From assembly GCF_009914755.1 (NCBI RefSeq), contig NC_060930.1: a stretch of 64,000 nucleotides of DNA. One strand, 5' to 3'. The notes below the pieces were generated by a model. The model was given only the letters and a program-made list of their open reading frames with translations. It was not told the DNA's origin and ran no database searches. How positions within the stretch are numbered: position 1 is the first letter of the stretch; each line of letters opens with the position of its first letter. A program made the position numbers and the translations under genes. Below, piece by piece: positions 60,402-64,000 of this stretch. The stretch is from the human T2T-CHM13v2.0 reference genome, Homo sapiens.

Positions 60402-60905
60402 TGACCAAGACAGCCTTAATATTCTCTTCAGCTTGACTAAACTTTAGACAGGTTTCTTCCTGAGTACAGGCCCCTGACGTCCCTTTTCTAAGAGCATTTA
60501 CTTTGGAAAACCTAAAACTGTAAATTATTTCTCTGCCTTTTTGAGATGTAGATCGTCTAGTTTCTTGCTAATTTCAGAAACCAAGGAAGTTTTACTGAAT
60601 GACAAGGACCTGACAGCCATCCCTTTAAATGTAATCATCAAGAATAGTGGTAAACCCCTCCCTTCCAGTTTCTGTGGGATGGCAGGAGTCTAATGTGACA
60701 ATTAGCAAACACAGATGCCTAATCACATGGGCCGACCTCGTGCCAGTGGCCCTCCAGTACTTTTCCACTAGCTCACCCGGGACTAAAAACCTTCCCATCT
60801 TTTATTTTAGCAGAGTTGGGTTCAGTGTCTCTCATATGTTGTAATAGTCTTGAACAGAGTCTTCTTTGCATGTTTAGCTTTGTCTGGTGGAATTTGTCTT
60901 TGATA
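60402..60905 (+). mobile_element. ERV1-type solo LTR, MER67-like
   Basis: cagcttgactaaactttagacagg...gagcatttacttt...aattagcaaacacagatg matches recalled MER67/MER31-group text; termini TG...TA. Confidence 0.72.
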
Positions 60906-61614
60906 CCCTCATAGGCCTGGCTCACATGTGCACCTGAATTAAACTGGGGCTACATTACGTCTGGTAGATAGGAATGTTCTAGAAGGTGATCACATTTCAA
61001 AAATTCTATCTAACTGAATAAAATGTCAGTGTGCTCCCATTTAGTGAGAAGGAGAATTCTTTTTATAATTTGAGATGAGATTGTTTTTCTTTAATGCTGC
61101 TATTTTGAAGTAACATTAAAAAAATGAAAATATCTGGCTACTTCTATGGGAGGCAGATTTGAATGATGTCCCAGGAGGAAAAACTGTGGTTGGCATGTTT
61201 CAGAACTATATCAGTTTTCTTATCTATGTAAGGTAGCTCATGTAATGATCTTCGTTGCAATGCTGAAACCTTGTTGAGCTCTTATTTTGAAGGTCAGCCT
61301 CTGAGGTACCTAGATTTTATTTTCTTCTGGTTTGGAGAGTGACTGATAGGCTTTGTGGCTGAATGTCTTCCCTCTCAGTAAAAGTGAATGGCGCAGAATC
61401 TGATGACTAGTGAATACTCATCGAACTTTAATTGTAAGTGTTGCTGTCATCATCTCATCATCACTTTCACAATTGTGAAAAACAAAGAAACAAACAGGAT
61501 ATTATGCTTTCAAAACTTTCTACTCTCTACCAAAAAAAAAGTTGATGGGTAGTAATGCTGGCTTAAAATAGTCTGTAGCCTTTTCTGGATTGCTTCATTC
61601 ATATATAACTCTGA

Positions 61615-64000
<2,386 letters not shown>

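Overview
Primate, most likely human, genomic DNA. It is AT-rich, CpG-poor and dense in interspersed repeats. The only coding sequence I can support is a 236-nt internal exon at 61674-61909 (+) of GRM1 (metabotropic glutamate receptor 1, Venus-flytrap domain), bounded by a canonical AG acceptor and GT donor. Positions 1-61673 read as the 3' part of the large upstream GRM1 intron, and 61910-64000 as the start of the next intron. The intron contains about 15 Alu elements, several L1/L2/MIR fragments and two DNA transposons (MER1B, Tigger3b). Its LTR content is a MER11 solo LTR, a near-complete THE1 provirus, a THE1 solo LTR, MLT2 and MLT2A LTRs, an MLT1D element, and MLT1-, MER77- and MER67-like LTRs. 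All other ORFs in the track look like chance or repeat-derived frames. I did not find a convincing new biological system. The best second-look items are structural: a CpG-rich compound pentamer gradient grown inside an MLT2A LTR, a ~50-bp micro-inversion of a THE1 LTR terminus, a MER11 LTR that appears to have lost its polyA/U5 segment, and a close inverted Alu pair at the point where Alu polarity flips. Repeat subfamily names come from recalled consensus sequences and need RepeatMasker/Dfam confirmation.
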